From the NCBI RefSeq assembly GCF_011386835.1, contig NC_088794.1, positions 94,798,001 to 94,862,000 on the forward strand: a stretch of DNA of 64,000 nucleotides. The letters are read 5' to 3'. Each line of letters begins with the position of its first letter. Position 1 is the stretch's first letter. The position numbers and the translations under genes were made by a program. Below, in pieces: positions 1 to 12,589 of the stretch. The notes below the pieces were generated by a model, which did not search any database, was not told the origin of the DNA, and saw only the letters and a list, made by a program, of their open reading frames with translations. Origin of the DNA: Chrysemys picta bellii (Eukaryota).

Positions 1-1178
1 GTTTTATTTGGGGGTGTGAATATAGACTAAGTTTTTGCTCTATTTACTCTTGAGATGCGGCCGGGGGGAGGGGGAGACATTTGAGTAAATCAAAAAAGGA
101 AGCAACCTCTATCCAAAAATAACGGTTTATATACCTGTTAAGATGGAAAGTCTTTTTATATTCTTTAATAGTGAAAGTGAACAAGTTTTGCTGGTAATGA
201 ATTAAACAATCAGTAGAAGCGGATTCACCTAGATATAATAATGCTTTTTCTTTACCTATTATGAATCTAATGGGAGGGAAATAATTTGAGTTAATCAAAA
301 CTCTGCAGAAAGGGAAGTGGCTACTAGAGTCAAGCATGGTTTACAGTGTTTTTATTGGACTTCATAGAAGAAAATAAGAAACTGAGTTTGAATCAGGGGT
401 TGCTACTTTCAAAGTTGAGTAGCTGCAGCTGCTTGAGCAGCCTGAAAATTTGAGGAGGCAGCCCTGTATCTGTAATTGTGCTTGATTCATATTTGGAAGG
501 TTTGTCACAATTATAAGGATTAGAAACTTTTTTTTAAAGGCAAGTTTGTATTCTGCGGAAGGTGATGGTACTTACTTTCTGCTCCCCATGGGGAAGTGAA
601 TTTTTCATAGGCATCTTGCACAGCTTGTAATTCTTACCTGTTACATTACGTACTGTATTTGTGTATCCCAAACCACCCTTGTGGCCGTTTTTAGCTTTTC
701 TACTCTAGTGGGGTAGGAGGGACAGGACAAAAAGGAAAACTTAATGGTTGTATAGCTAATGAGTTGATGATGTTATGGGTTCACATTCCTCAGTTTCCTC
801 TGTGCATCTCTCTTTTTTTGTTTTAATTTTTAAGTCTGTCTGAAATTATTTTCTCTTTAAAATTCACAGATGTGTTTCAGTAGCAGCGGGGTATCCTGAA
901 CTGACCTTTTAAGTTAGATTTCAGTTTTCAGATTTTAACCTCAGCTTCTGGGGTTTTCCAAACTTTTGAGTGGGTAACTCCTTTAATACAAAGACTATCT
1001 TGTGGACAACCTACCCCAGTACTTTGTCACAGAGGTTATGGGACGCCTATTATAGTGCTTGCTTATATGGAGAAGTAATACTACATTTATTGTTATGTCC
1101 TGATGGCACCAGTAAGCAGTGTTTGGACTACAGTTTGGAAACCTCTGCTCTACTGAAATCTTTTCTCTCTCTTTTCAG

Positions 1179-1301
1179 TGCTTACTATGCATTGTACTGT
1201 CATTCGTGTGGATTAATGGTGGGCTTCAGCCTCTATTCTGCCTTCGCTGCCCTGGTTCATCTGCGAGGCCTCTTTTGTCTTTTCAAGGACAATATTCTCT
1301 G
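1179..1301 (+). CDS. OIP5: OIP5 / Mis18beta internal coding exon (exon 3, 123 nt): AYYALYCHSCGLMVGFSLYSAFAALVHLRGLFCLFKDNIL
   Basis: Acceptor ctctcttttcag|TG at 1178/1179 and donor CTG|gttagt at 1301/1302. The peptide resembles the Yippee/Mis18 CxxC segment of OIP5 (human, from recall: [33 protein letters not shown]). Phase fits the next exon. Exons 1-2 were not found and probably lie upstream of the window. Confidence 0.93.
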
Positions 1302-2344
1302 GTTAGTACACACCAATATGACAGAGAATGACGAGTTAGAAATTAAGTCCAGAGTAGAGCTCTTCATGGGAAGGGAAGAATACCAATATAAGGAATAATA
1401 TTTTGATTTGTATAAAACCAGAATGGCAAATGCAGGTTGGTGATATTTTCTGCTGCCAGTGAGAACTGATAATATCAAAGCAAATCCTGAACTGCTTGTT
1501 CATAGTTTCTCTTTCTGGTAGTAAATGCAGATCAATCAAAAGCTGTGTGAATTCTAGTAATAAAAATGCTTCCTGTGGAAGTCCTTACTTTGTCCTTAAA
1601 TAGCAAAATCCTCAGCTACCAGTCTACTCTACATTTTTTTAATGTAGTGCTGAGAAGCTTATAAGAAGGCACATTAAACTTGTCTTCTACAAATATTCCA
1701 GTATCATTACAATCCTTTTGTTTAGAATGACACTGGCTAAGTTTTTTATAATGTATTGATTAATGTACATTATATTACTCTGTCTTATACCACCATTAGA
1801 ATGTAGCCACTGTTGTGCACTCTCCACCTGCAGCATCTATGTAAATTCTTAACTTGGAGAAATTATTTCGCCCTTGCTTTCTACTGCAAGGGTAATAGAA
1901 GTAGAGAGAGTGCAACTTTCCAGATTAATACATCTCAGCTAATACATATGTATTGCTTGAAGACTGTTTCTAGCTAGCTTAGTCATAAACACTAAGTTTT
2001 GTTCCTCACAATACAGAAATATATCACAATTGTGTATCACTTAACTAGAATTGAGTCAAACTTACTAATTGTTATAATAGCATGCTGGTTGTAGAGCAAA
2101 AGTGATCTTTTTAGACTGAGGGTCTATCTGTGGCAGCTATAAATTGTAGTTGGTGAAAGAGAGTAAACAATTGAGGAAAATGAAAGCTTTATTATTCTAT
2201 GTTAATATTAATTAATGATTACATTGACTATTTTTGGTCACAGGTTGGCACCTGCATTAGTTTCTGCATAAACTACCTTTTTATACAATGAATGTTTCTC
2301 TGGTTTTTATTACTATTCTCTCTTTTTTTACTTTTGTTTTTCAG

Positions 2345-2426
2345 TTATCTCTTAAAAACTAAAACCATGATAGAGGTCTCTGAGATGAACTTTCCTGCTT
2401 TGAGCCTAAAGGAACATCTGGGAAAA
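2345..2426 (+). CDS. OIP5: OIP5 coding exon 4 (82 nt): YLLKTKTMIEVSEMNFPALSLKEHLGK
   Basis: Acceptor ttttgtttttcag|TT and donor AAA|gtaaag. The YLLKTK motif is typical of OIP5, and the frame continues from exon 3. Confidence 0.93.
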
Positions 2427-3072
2427 GTAAAGTTTCTTTGTGATTTTGTGTGTGTTAAAACAGGGGTGAAATGCAAATTAAGTTTTCAGCACCACTGCAA
2501 ATACACTAAACTATTAAAACAGTCATGCTTAATAATCCCATGAACAAATGGATGTGCATGTTTTTCTGACACAGGACAGCAACTTATCTTTAAAGGGGAT
2601 TAAAGGAACACAAGCAGGTTTAATTTAACCGATAGTTCTTGTTTGTGTCAACATCCTGTTATTGAAATTCATTTTTCTTCAATTTATTCTTCACCACTGA
2701 CATTTACCTTCTGCATCAAACTTAGGATGGACAACAATTAGTCACAGTCTTATCTAATTGACTTCTATGTTCTCATATTTCAACGTTTGGGCTGTGCTAA
2801 ATGTAGAAGAATGCTGCTACTCTAAAATTTGGTTCTACTGTCTTTCAGTTTCATGGGGACTCTTCTATTTAAACCCTGTAACTGCTTTTACAGTACCTAT
2901 ATTTTAGGCCTATGTTAGTTTGAATATCCCTTTTTCTTCAACATTTATTCCTCCTAAGTTGTAAACCACTTCTGCTTTTGTTTTTGTCTGTTTTCTGGTC
3001 TGAATATGAAATTGGGCCTGATATGTTTTCTGAAGACTTCTCTCCTCCTGCAAGTCATCTTCAGGCCTTTCT

Positions 3073-3343
3073 GGGTACATCTACACAGCAACTATATACC
3101 CCTGCAGCTGGCCCGGGCCAGTCGACTTGGGTTTGGGCTGCAGGGCTGTTTCATTGCTGTGTAGACTTCCAGGCTTGGGCTGGAGTCTAAGCTCTAAGAC
3201 CATGTGAGGTGTGAGGGTCCCAGAGCTCAGGCTGCAGCCTGAGCCTGGAAGTCTACACAGCAGCAAAACAGCCTGAGCCCCATGAGCCAGAGTTGGTTGG
3301 CCCGCGCCAGACGCAGGTGTCTAGTTGCTGTGTAGATGTACCC
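3073..3343. mobile_element. PIF/Harbinger-type MITE
   Basis: Terminal inverted repeats (TIRs) GGGTACATCTACACAGCAAC / GTTGCTGTGTAGATGTACCC, flanked by a 3-bp TSD (TCT). Confidence 0.8.
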
Positions 3344-3899
3344 TCTGTGACCTGAATAGGGAGCATTCTGTTTTTCATGTTCACTAAACACTTTAAAGAG
3401 TCAATTGTTGCAGCCCTCGTTCAAGCAAAACTGCCATTGAAATCAATCAGTGTTTTGCTCAAATAATGGTAGCATTTGATCAGAAGTGCAAACGATATTT
3501 TTGAAAGGTTTGCTTACATGGGATGTTGCTAGAATGATCATAGGATTGAGCTCTTTATGGAATGTTTGCCATTCATAAAATAATGACATGTGCAGGACTC
3601 TGTTTACAGTGGTAACCTGATGGTAACTCAGGTTCTCCTTCAAATAATTGTCCACACAGATTTCGTTGGGGGTGTTCACTTGTGTGAGATCAGACACTGC
3701 TTTTGAAAAGAATCCTTTGACTGCACCTATATCCTGGATGTCTTATTGCCCTCTGTAGTTGGGGACATAAAGGGTGGAGAAGCCTCAACCATCACTCAGT
3801 TCCTTCTTATCACCTGTGGCTGCAAGTCAGAACCCCTTTAGTGTCCGCATCCTATGCGGCTTTAGCTTTAGCATTTCAGTAGTTACTACTTATTCTGTA

Positions 3900-4061
3900 T
3901 CAGAGGGGTAGCCGTGTTAGTCTGAATCTGTAAAAAGCAACAGGGGGTCCTGTGGCACCTTTGAGACTAACAGAAGTATTGGGAGCATAAGCTTTTGTGG
4001 GTAAGAACCTCACTTCTTCAGATGCAAGTAATGGAAATCCACAGGACCCTCTGTTGCTTTT
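3900..4061 (-). mobile_element. Penelope-like element terminal fragment with a hammerhead-like motif, nested in DIRS
   Basis: GGGGTAGCCGTGTTAGTCTG...GCATAAGCTTT..CACTTCTTCAGATGC resembles reptile Penelope ends. Flanked by the 13-bp direct repeat TACTTATTCTGTA (3887-3899, 4062-4074). Confidence 0.75.
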
Positions 4062-7045
4062 TACTTATTCTGTAGGTTACTTTTACCCACTGGGTTTATT
4101 TTAAAAATATACCCCCATGCAATACCTTAAAATGCCTGACATCAAATCACCAGGGTTCAAAACGTGTCCCTCTTGTGATGCAGCAATGCCCATTATTAAT
4201 GGATATTCTAGGTGTCTAATTTGCTTAGCAGGGGATACATCTCGGAGTGCTGCTCTGTATTCCACTCCTTTTCTAAATGTGCTTCAGCAGGCGAGGGAGG
4301 CAAGGCTTAAGCTCTTCCTCCTGGAAAAGCTGATGTAAGCCTCACTGGATCAGCAGACCCCTGGCATAACTTCACCAATTAGGTCAGTCACAGGTCTCCA
4401 GAGGCCCAGTGAGCCAAGACACCACTCTGAGCTCCTGGGCCACCTTCTAAGTTCTGTTTGTCCACCACATTCACATCTACTTCCAAAAAGAGGCTTCAAG
4501 GAGAGCCGCTCCTGGGATCAGGGCAGGTACCACTCCCTTTCCAAGCAGGAGACAGAGATCCTTTCCTAAGACTACTTCTATTAAGAGCTTGAAATCAGAG
4601 TCCTGCTTCAGTACCTCCATATTGAAATCGGACTGATGGTTCCTTTTCAGCATAAGGGCCTGTCAGCACCAAGTGCCCTACATGCGGTACTGGCCTCTTC
4701 AGTGCTGGGCCTAAAACAAGGTCTCTTGGTGCTGTGGAGTCACCTCTTATTGAGAGACTTGAAAAGGTGATCACCAAATCCTCAACTTCTCACCCAAAGG
4801 TTCACTCCTTTTTGTCTTACTCAATGTAATACACCAGGCCTCCTCCCCTGAGCATCCCCTTCCACCCCTTGTGAGTAGCACAGTGGGAATTGGGCTGGGA
4901 GTCTAGGGATTAATTTCTGAAGGGTGTCAGGAAGTCATTGGGGAGGGAGCACTCCATTGGTATCCACCCACGTGCCATCCGTCCCACTGCTCTTACCAGG
5001 TCTGGCCATACTTGTCCCCTTCAGCTGGGAAACCATATTCTAGGAAGTCAGAATCCTTCGCAGTCTACAATGCCAGAGCTCTATCACCAAAGAAACAACT
5101 CCAACCTGCACAAGTACCTGTCCTAGCCACAATTCATGAAAGTTGAGGAAGAATATAATGGAGACAACCACGCTCCTGAACAATCACCTTATGCCGTATC
5201 CTTGTGCTCCTCCAGATGAAGCAGTTAATTCTCTATCTGTTGCCTCATTGGATGAGCTAAAAGTCTTCCAAGACCTGATGAGATGAATGGTGGAGATGCT
5301 GGATACCATGATATCCTGCAAACTTCATCTTCAAGGAGATGGGTTAAAATAAGTGCTGGACTGCTTGAAACAGCCAAGATAATTTGGCATACACATGCCT
5401 CAGTTCCACTTACCTCCAAGAAAACTGATAGGAGGGTACCAGTTATCAGCCATGGGATTTGATTATCAGCATCCTACTTTAGGCAATCTGATGGTATAGG
5501 CATTTCAAGTAAATCTAAACATCAAGGCCAGCTGAAATCTACCCCTCAAGAGACGGACCCCAAAAAACTAGATCTCTGGCAGAAAAGTCTACTTGTTGAG
5601 CTTCCAGATGAGAATAGCAAATTACCAGATGCTACTCAAAATATGATTCTTTGATTTGGGATCAGCTTTCCAACTTTCTCAATAAATTCTTGAAGGAGAC
5701 CCAAGAGAATTCAAAATCTCTAATGGCAGAAGGTCCGCTTATAGGCAGCCTGGTACTTTAAACAGCACTAGATATATCTGATATGGCAGCAAGAACCATG
5801 CCCACTGCTGTTACAATAAGAAGGTCCTCTTGGCTGCAAGCAGCTGGGATCCTGAGGGAAGTCCAAGTTACCACTAAGGACCTCCCATTTGAGGGAAACT
5901 AGCTATTTAACAGTGGCACAGATGAGCACTTCCCACCCAGAAAGACTTGAGAGTGATCCTGCAATCCTGGGGACTGGAACATACAGCCTGAAAGAGAGCA
6001 ACGGAAGCATCAGCTGTTCTATGGTCATTTGTCTATCACAATATTATTCTCAGATTTTCAGTGCCCCAAGAAAGAGGCAGAGACTTCACCTGAGGCAAAC
6101 CGCTGCCTCTTCTTCAGCTGCCTCACAGTCTAGGGCATCAGACAGGAATCAAATTGGCAACACTGTCAAGGGGTTGTCTAGACCACCTTCAGATCCTTCT
6201 TTTTTCACCCCTGCCTGGCAGCTGCCTTCCAAGAAGCCTGGGTTAGAATAACCTCAGACTGATTGGCCCTTAAGATAATCATCAATGGATATCACTTCCA
6301 ATTTTAAACTGCTCCTATGCCCTCCTAATCCTCCTAGTCTCTCTTCGGGAACCCCTTCCCATGCGGGAGTCTACCTCCTGCTTCAACAAGTCTCTCATAT
6401 GACTGGGAGCAGTGGAGGAAATGCCCCCAGATTTCTGTGGTAAGAGCTTTTATTCCCATTGAGGTTAGGAAGTAAAGAAGAGGATGGGTCTCTATTTCCC
6501 TGTCTTTGATGTTTTAATGCTTTCATCCATCATTTCATGTTCCACATGCTTGCCCTAGATTCTATAATACCCTCTTTGGATCCAATGGTCTGTAGTTTTC
6601 AACTTCAGGATGCCTATTTTCACACTTAGATTTATTCAACTCACAGAAAGTAGCTGAGATTCATAGGACCATCTCATTAACAATACAGGGTCCTACCCTT
6701 TGGCCTCTCCACCGCCCCATTAGTCTTCAAAGTTCTTACTATGGTGGCAGCTCATCTGAGAAGGCAAACAATCCAGGTATACCTCTACTTAAACTGGCTC
6801 ATTTGAGGGAAATCCCCATAGCAAGTGATCAGCTCTGTTCATGTGTCTTTTAAATCTTCATCTCGCTGGGCCTCAAGGTCAGAGACCAATCCACACTAGC
6901 ACCAACTCAAAGGATAGAGTTGATCATGGAAGTGATTAGATTTCACACTTGTAGGCGCATACCTCCCTCAGCAGAGATTCCAAACTATGACAGATATCAG
7001 ACAGCTCCAAGCACTCCCCAAGACATGAGTGAGGACCTGTCTACT

Positions 7046-7222
7046 TTGTATACTGTGTTGTAATTGAAATCAATATATTTGAAAATGTAGAAAAACATCC
7101 AAAAATATTTAATACATTTCAGTTGGTATTCTATTGTTTAACAGTGTGATTAAAACTGATTAATCACAATTAATTTTTTTGAGTTAATCGCATTAGTTAA
7201 CTGTGATTAATTGACAGCCCTA
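7046..7222 (-). mobile_element. hAT-type non-autonomous transposon end fragment
   Basis: Ends in gattaattgacagcccta (reverse complement TAGGGCTGTCAATTAATC) with repeated gattaat/ttaatc subterminal motifs. Confidence 0.55.
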
Positions 7223-7513
7223 TTATTTACCTTACAGTAACACAGGAGATTCCATGCCTTGCCTGTTGTTATAGGATTCTTATTAGTGAAGGGTGGTTGA
7301 GGCTGCTCTCCCATTTATGCCCTCTGCTGTAGGGGCGAGAGGGCACTCAGGGTGTAGGCACAGCTACAAAAAACACTGCTGTTGAAAATAATTTGATCTT
7401 TGGCACAGGCGCACCAACAGTGGAATCTGGACAACACATCTCAAAGAACCACAGTTACTGTAGGGTATATAACTGTTCTTTACCTACCCTTAATTTTTTT
7501 TTTTTCCTTCTAG

Positions 7514-7672
7514 CTGAAAGAACAACTTGTGGGGGTCCATGTGCGCCTAGAGGTACTGATTAAGAGGCTGGAAGAACTGAACCAACAGATCAACATGGCT
7601 GACAAGCAGGGCTATGCATCAAGGACAGTTGGCCTAAAGCTAGGGTTTGCAGGAATCAAGTCAAGCAATTAA
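7514..7672 (+). CDS. OIP5: OIP5 last coding exon: LKEQLVGVHVRLEVLIKRLEELNQQINMADKQGYASRTVGLKLGFAGIKSSN*
   Basis: Long poly-T tract then tccttctag|CTG; phase 0 joins exon 4; TAA at 7670-7672. LKE...H.RL resembles the OIP5 C-terminal helix. Confidence 0.88.
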   Translation: MKEQLVGVHVRLEVLIKRLEELNQQINMADKQGYASRTVGLKLGFAGIKSSN

Positions 7673-8682
7673 TATGCCATCATAGAATATAGAGCCATTT
7701 GTGTATCGTTGCAGGTTTCTTCATTGTGGTGAACAAAGTGGTTTGAAATCACCACCACCCTGAAAAATGTCAGAGAAAGCTAATTTGCCACTTTGTTATA
7801 TGCGTGAAAATATATTTTGCTGAAATATAGCTCAGACTGGTGAAGTGGACTGGATTTTTGAGGAGCAAGAAACTGTTTCCTCCTTCTGTGACTTCAAAAC
7901 AAATACCTCATTCTTGCAGCACTCCTTCTCTTGGAGGTGTAATACAGCTTGTACTGTGGTTCTTCCTGAGCAATATATAGTTTAAAAACCAGCGGTTGGA
8001 AACTAAGATTTTACGTTCCTGAGAGTGATTCAAAATATGCTACCATGTGATGTTATTCAAGATCAGCCATTACACAATGTTCTTAGTGGGGGCTGAAACC
8101 CTGGTATCATCTCTTCATGTAGAGGAAATGTTCACAGGAGGTTGGCCTTGATCCAGATGTCTTCCTGTTGAGTCTTGAATGGGTTCTTTCTCTTGTTGTG
8201 AATTTTTTTATTTATTTAGTATGTGTGAGAGAGTGAGAGGACTCTTCTTCCTCCCTGGCTGTGGGGGTAGAAGCTTCTCTCTATACCTGGGAAGATGAAA
8301 GGAGCTTCCCTTTTCACTCCCCCTCCACAGAAGGCATACTTATGTTTTAAAGCCTCCAGTATGTTGGGAAATTATGCCTGAAATTTTGTATCAGGCATAG
8401 AGGGGAAAGTACGTACATGCTCATTTTAATTCCATTGATAAGTGATTTTTTTCCCCCATGCCCTGAGCAAAAGACTACAATCAGTATTGGTTCTGGCCTG
8501 AGTTGCTCATCTCAGCAACCCTAGTACCTCATGCTTTTTCAGTTAGTGGTTTGTTTGATTTTTCTCAAATCTGAGCTATGTAGGGAAAATGCAAACTTCT
8601 AAATGAGAGAAGGGAGTCTGGGACTGCTGGAAAATAGCCCACTCCATGATACTAGAATGGTCTGGATCAGCAGCCATCACAT

Positions 8683-8688
8683 AATAAA
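8683..8688 (+). terminator. Candidate OIP5 polyadenylation signal
   Basis: AATAAA about 1 kb after the stop, followed by a GT/T-rich stretch (atgtggagttttttgg). Other candidates exist further downstream. Confidence 0.35.
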
Positions 8689-9049
8689 TCATGTGGAGTT
8701 TTTTGGTTAATGATCATAGGAAGTCTTTTGAAGTATCCACACTGGTTAGGCCAAATACTTGGCAATAACCTAGAATAGCAACAGCTATGTTTTGAGGTAC
8801 TCAGACTGAAATAGGAGAACTTAATATCTCCTAAACTAGTGCTAAATTCAAATCTTGTAAATTACTTACTGCATTTTTAAGATGTATAATTGTATATGCT
8901 CCACAACCATCACAGGAACTGATATTCCAATATATCATAGCACTTTTCAATAGTAACAGAATTGGTAACTAAAGGTGAAGTCGAAAACTAGGTGTTTGAT
9001 GTAAATGTGAGATTTTTGTATATGTATTTTGCATGTCAACCTATTTGTT

Positions 9050-9257
9050 TGAGACCAGATAGGTGCAGTAATATCTTTTATTGGACCAACTTCTGCTGAT
9101 GGAAGGTACAAGCTTTCAAGCTACACCAAGCTCTTCTTCAGCTTGGTGTAGCTTAAAAGCTTGTACCTTTCACCAGCAGAAGTTTGTCTAATAATTTCCT
9201 GACCTACCTTGTCTGTCTCCTGTTCAAGGACTAACACAGCTACAATAACACTGCAAA
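9050..9257. mobile_element. Penelope-derived foldback insertion
   Basis: 44-bp inverted arms (9089-9132 / 9140-9183, 3 mismatches). 13-bp TSD CAACCTATTTGTT (9037-9049, 9258-9270). Confidence 0.8.
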
Positions 9258-10079
9258 CAACCTATTTGTTCATGCTAGCAGATTTTAATTTTATTTCCTC
9301 TTCTATAAGAGCTGTAGTCAGAGCAATTTACTCTCAGAGCAAATTGTTCTTTTAAATAGCAAATACTTCAGAAGTCCTTATTTTTGTTAAAGGTCCAAAG
9401 TTACTGAATACTACTTCACTAGTGTAGGAATAAGGGAATTTCTTGGGAGTTGTTCAAGCAGTGTAGATGACCAAATACTATTTTAAGGTCTAGGCTACAC
9501 TACCAGTAATACATAGTTGATCTCCTTTTGATGCGAATAGACTACCCTTGATCTTTGGACAAGGGTATGATCTTAATATTGTAACTTCATTTTTCAGTTA
9601 TTTGTTCAGCCTCTTAACTGTTGCATTCAGCATTAGTCTTGAAAAAATACCTAACTGTGGGACCAATTCTCTCCCCCCTTCTCCATTTCCCCTCCCTCTT
9701 TGTCTCTTGTCCCCTCTATCTCTGCAGTAACTCCAGTTACCTCCCATGGGCTTTAGTCCTACCTCCTGTCTGCTAAGATTAAATAAATAGTTGATGTTTA
9801 TAAAAAGTGCCATGTTTCAGAATCAGCAAGCGGGAGCAAGGGTATCGACACACTCACCCACTGTTTCGTTGTTGTTAACTTGTAAGAGAAGCCTCTGTCA
9901 GTTATGTTTTGTTCAGGTATTCAGCACTATCTTTGCCACGGATAAGGCTAGAATTTTTTAATTTTTGTTTTTTGAAAGCTGAAATTCAGCAGAATCTGAT
10001 TATATTCTATAGCTCATGTGTAAATCAAACAGGTTTGATCTGATCTCCGGAGTAAGTCTAAATCCCCTTTCTCTTAGGC

Positions 10080-10212
10080 CAGTGGTTTTTAACCTTTTTT
10101 AAAATTTATTTACAGATCCCTAAATTTTTAATGGAGGTGCGGACCCCTTTGAAAATCTTAACATAGTCTGGGGACCCCCAGAGGTCTGCAGATCACAGGT
10201 TGAAAACCACTG
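10080..10212. mobile_element. hAT MITE (133 bp)
   Basis: TIRs CAGTGGTTTT / AAAACCACTG; perfect 8-bp TSD TCTTAGGC. Confidence 0.88.
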
Positions 10213-10217
10213 TCTTA

Positions 10218-10449
10218 GGCCATGTCTACTCTAAAGCTGTAGAGCCATAGATGCTTCCTACATTGACAGAAGGGGGTTTCACTTGGTATGTAGTTAGCTA
10301 CCACCTCTTAGAGGTGGATTAAGTCAATGGAGGAATTCTTCTGCATGTACACGGGGACCGGGCGGGGGGGAGGTGCAGGAGGTCAACCTAACAATAGTAC
10401 CCTAACGTGACCTAGCTCAACCTAGCTAACTTTTCAGTGTAGAGCAGGT
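10218..10449. mobile_element. Harbinger-type MITE (decayed)
   Basis: Ends GGCCATGTCTACT / AGTGTAGAGCAGG; internal similarity to the copy at 17108. Confidence 0.6.
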
Positions 10450-12017
10450 TTCAGATAGTAAGCTCTTTGGGGCAAGGATCATCTGTTTGTTGTCTGTACA
10501 GCAGCAAGGGTGACGCTGTCCTGATCCATGAGTAGGGCTCCTAGGTGCTATAGTTACAGAAATAGTGCATTGTTGCAATATTTTACTTTCCTGGGGAGAG
10601 TAACTGTTCAATGAACAAGTAAAACTAGCTTTTTCTTTCTTTCTACGGTGGAGTGAATAGATATTGTACATGGACAAATAAACTCATGACTTTGTAACAA
10701 TGCTGTAATGGGAAATGCCTTAAATAGTAGAGGATGTTCTGCCATGCTAATTCCCCATTATACTTCACTGGCCTCCAGTGCTGAGGAGAAACTAATCCTG
10801 TTTGATTAGACTGCGGTCCTCTTTGTGGACAATCTGTTTCAGCCTTAACATGTTTCTTCAGTTCTAATTAAAGCCTGCTGTATTCTACGGCACATTCCTG
10901 TTCTAAATTTCTACTTACAAAATCCCACTCTGCTGTTTGAAGAAATCCTTCTATAGGTGAAATGAATGTAAATTAATAGATTCAGGCAGTCATTATTGCA
11001 GACAACTTAATACAATAGCTGTGAGGTATGAACTGCCCCATACATCTTAATAGGATGTTGACTTTTTAAACTTAAACACTGCACTGTGTCAACATTAAAC
11101 TATTTTATCAGAAATGTCCAGTGCTTTGTGCTTGTTCCACAATGCTGAGCAGCCCCTGCCACCCAGAACTCTAACTGTACCATATGCAGCTTATTTTGAA
11201 TGTACAGTCAATCTGTTATTCCTTGTGTTATGTAGTTTACGCTGTGTGAGATCTATTGCAGAACTTAATCTGCTGTAACAAAAGGCTTGCTAAAGAATTC
11301 TGCTCCTGCTTCTTAGAGTACAGAGAGGCCTATTAAGTCTATCTGTAATACTACAGTTACAATGTTTACAGTTTCACTGTGCAATATGTAGTCAGGGATG
11401 GGAGAAATTAAACTACACATTGCTGAGATATTAATTCTCTACTTCTAGAGGTGAGACTAATGCAGCTGCACAGGGAAAGCTTTGAAAGGAGCTATAACTC
11501 TCTTCTTACCATGCTATTTGCATGTTTAATGCTGCCTATGAAGGTTAAATAATTGAAAGGGAGAATGACAGCGACAACTAAGCTTAATTGAATGTTTATC
11601 TCCAGTCCTCTGGCATAAAAGGAGAAACAGACTAGTGGCATTTTTCAGAGGTGTTAAGCACCCCCAGGTCTGTTTGAAATAACCTCTGAAAGTCAGGCCA
11701 TCCGGGTGTGTGTTTAGTGTAAAGGGCAAACAGGAAGACTACACCTTACTGCTACAGCTTGGTAGTTTTATTCCTAAAGACAAAAGATGAGAAGAAAATG
11801 GAGCAAGGACAGAGTGGTAAAAGATGACTGATAAAGCAAACAATCAGACTAATGATTCTGGTACAACATTTTTCATAAATTAGCTGTTTTGGAGTCGCTA
11901 AGCAAAATCGTATCTCCTGTTAGCTTTGTATGAGGAAAATATAAATACAGAGGCATGACTAATGCTAGCTGAGGCCATAATTGCACATTCATCTGCTTTT
12001 ATGGAGTCATTCTATTT

Positions 12018-12428
12018 CAGTGGTTCCCATACTTTTTGCCAACCTTTGTCATCTGAAGAAATTTCCTGGACTCTTCATTTTTTATAGACAAGTTTCGTGT
12101 TATTCTATTAGATTAGTTTATTTTTAAAACATTTTATAATTAAGACTCCCAAAGGAACCAAAAACAAAAAAACCCTCTGCAATTATTACAGGTTATCACA
12201 TCACCCCTTTTTCACTTATAACTAAAATTTTATGATGTAGTCTTGAAGGGGCAAGTACTGGTAATACCACAGTGCCCCTCCCACCAGCATGATTTCTTGT
12301 GTGTGAGAGGTAACACTGTGCAGGATGTGCTAAAAGTGCCTGAATGCCATTCTGGGTCCACTGCAGTACTCCTTAAGGGACAGACCCCCTGCATAACACA
12401 TGGTGAGACCCCACTTCTGGAACCACTA
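12018..12428. mobile_element. hAT MITE (411 bp)
   Basis: Ends CAGTGGTTCC / GGAACCACTA; perfect 8-bp TSD TTCTATTT (12010-12017, 12429-12436). Confidence 0.85.
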
Positions 12429-12589
12429 TTCTATTTTGTATATCACATGCACAAGCTACATTAAAAGAACACTAAGACTGCAAAGTCAAGCTCTCAAAAG
12501 TTAGGAACTACCACTTTTAAGAGGGCCTATGCAAGGAGAGGTTGGTACTTGTACAGTAATAATTCTTTGACATATTTGGTCTGTAGGAG

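Larger units (their letters stand above)
3631..7480 (+). mobile_element. Decayed DIRS1-type retrotransposon filling most of OIP5 intron 4
   Basis: Gag-like start MPDIKSPGFKTCPSC..CLICL (4132-4338). Relic MAARTM...RRSSWLQ...DLPFEG at about 5780-5900. RT-like relics (LQDAYFH, LPFGLSTAP) at about 6600-6720. Weakly inverted termini (gttctccttc..ttgtcc vs ggacaacacatctcaaagaac). Many stops and frameshifts; ends are approximate. Confidence 0.75.

Noticed and set aside
970-1398. 142-aa ORF as a standalone protein
   Set aside because: Only 1179-1301 is OIP5-like and bounded by splice sites; the rest is intronic read-through.
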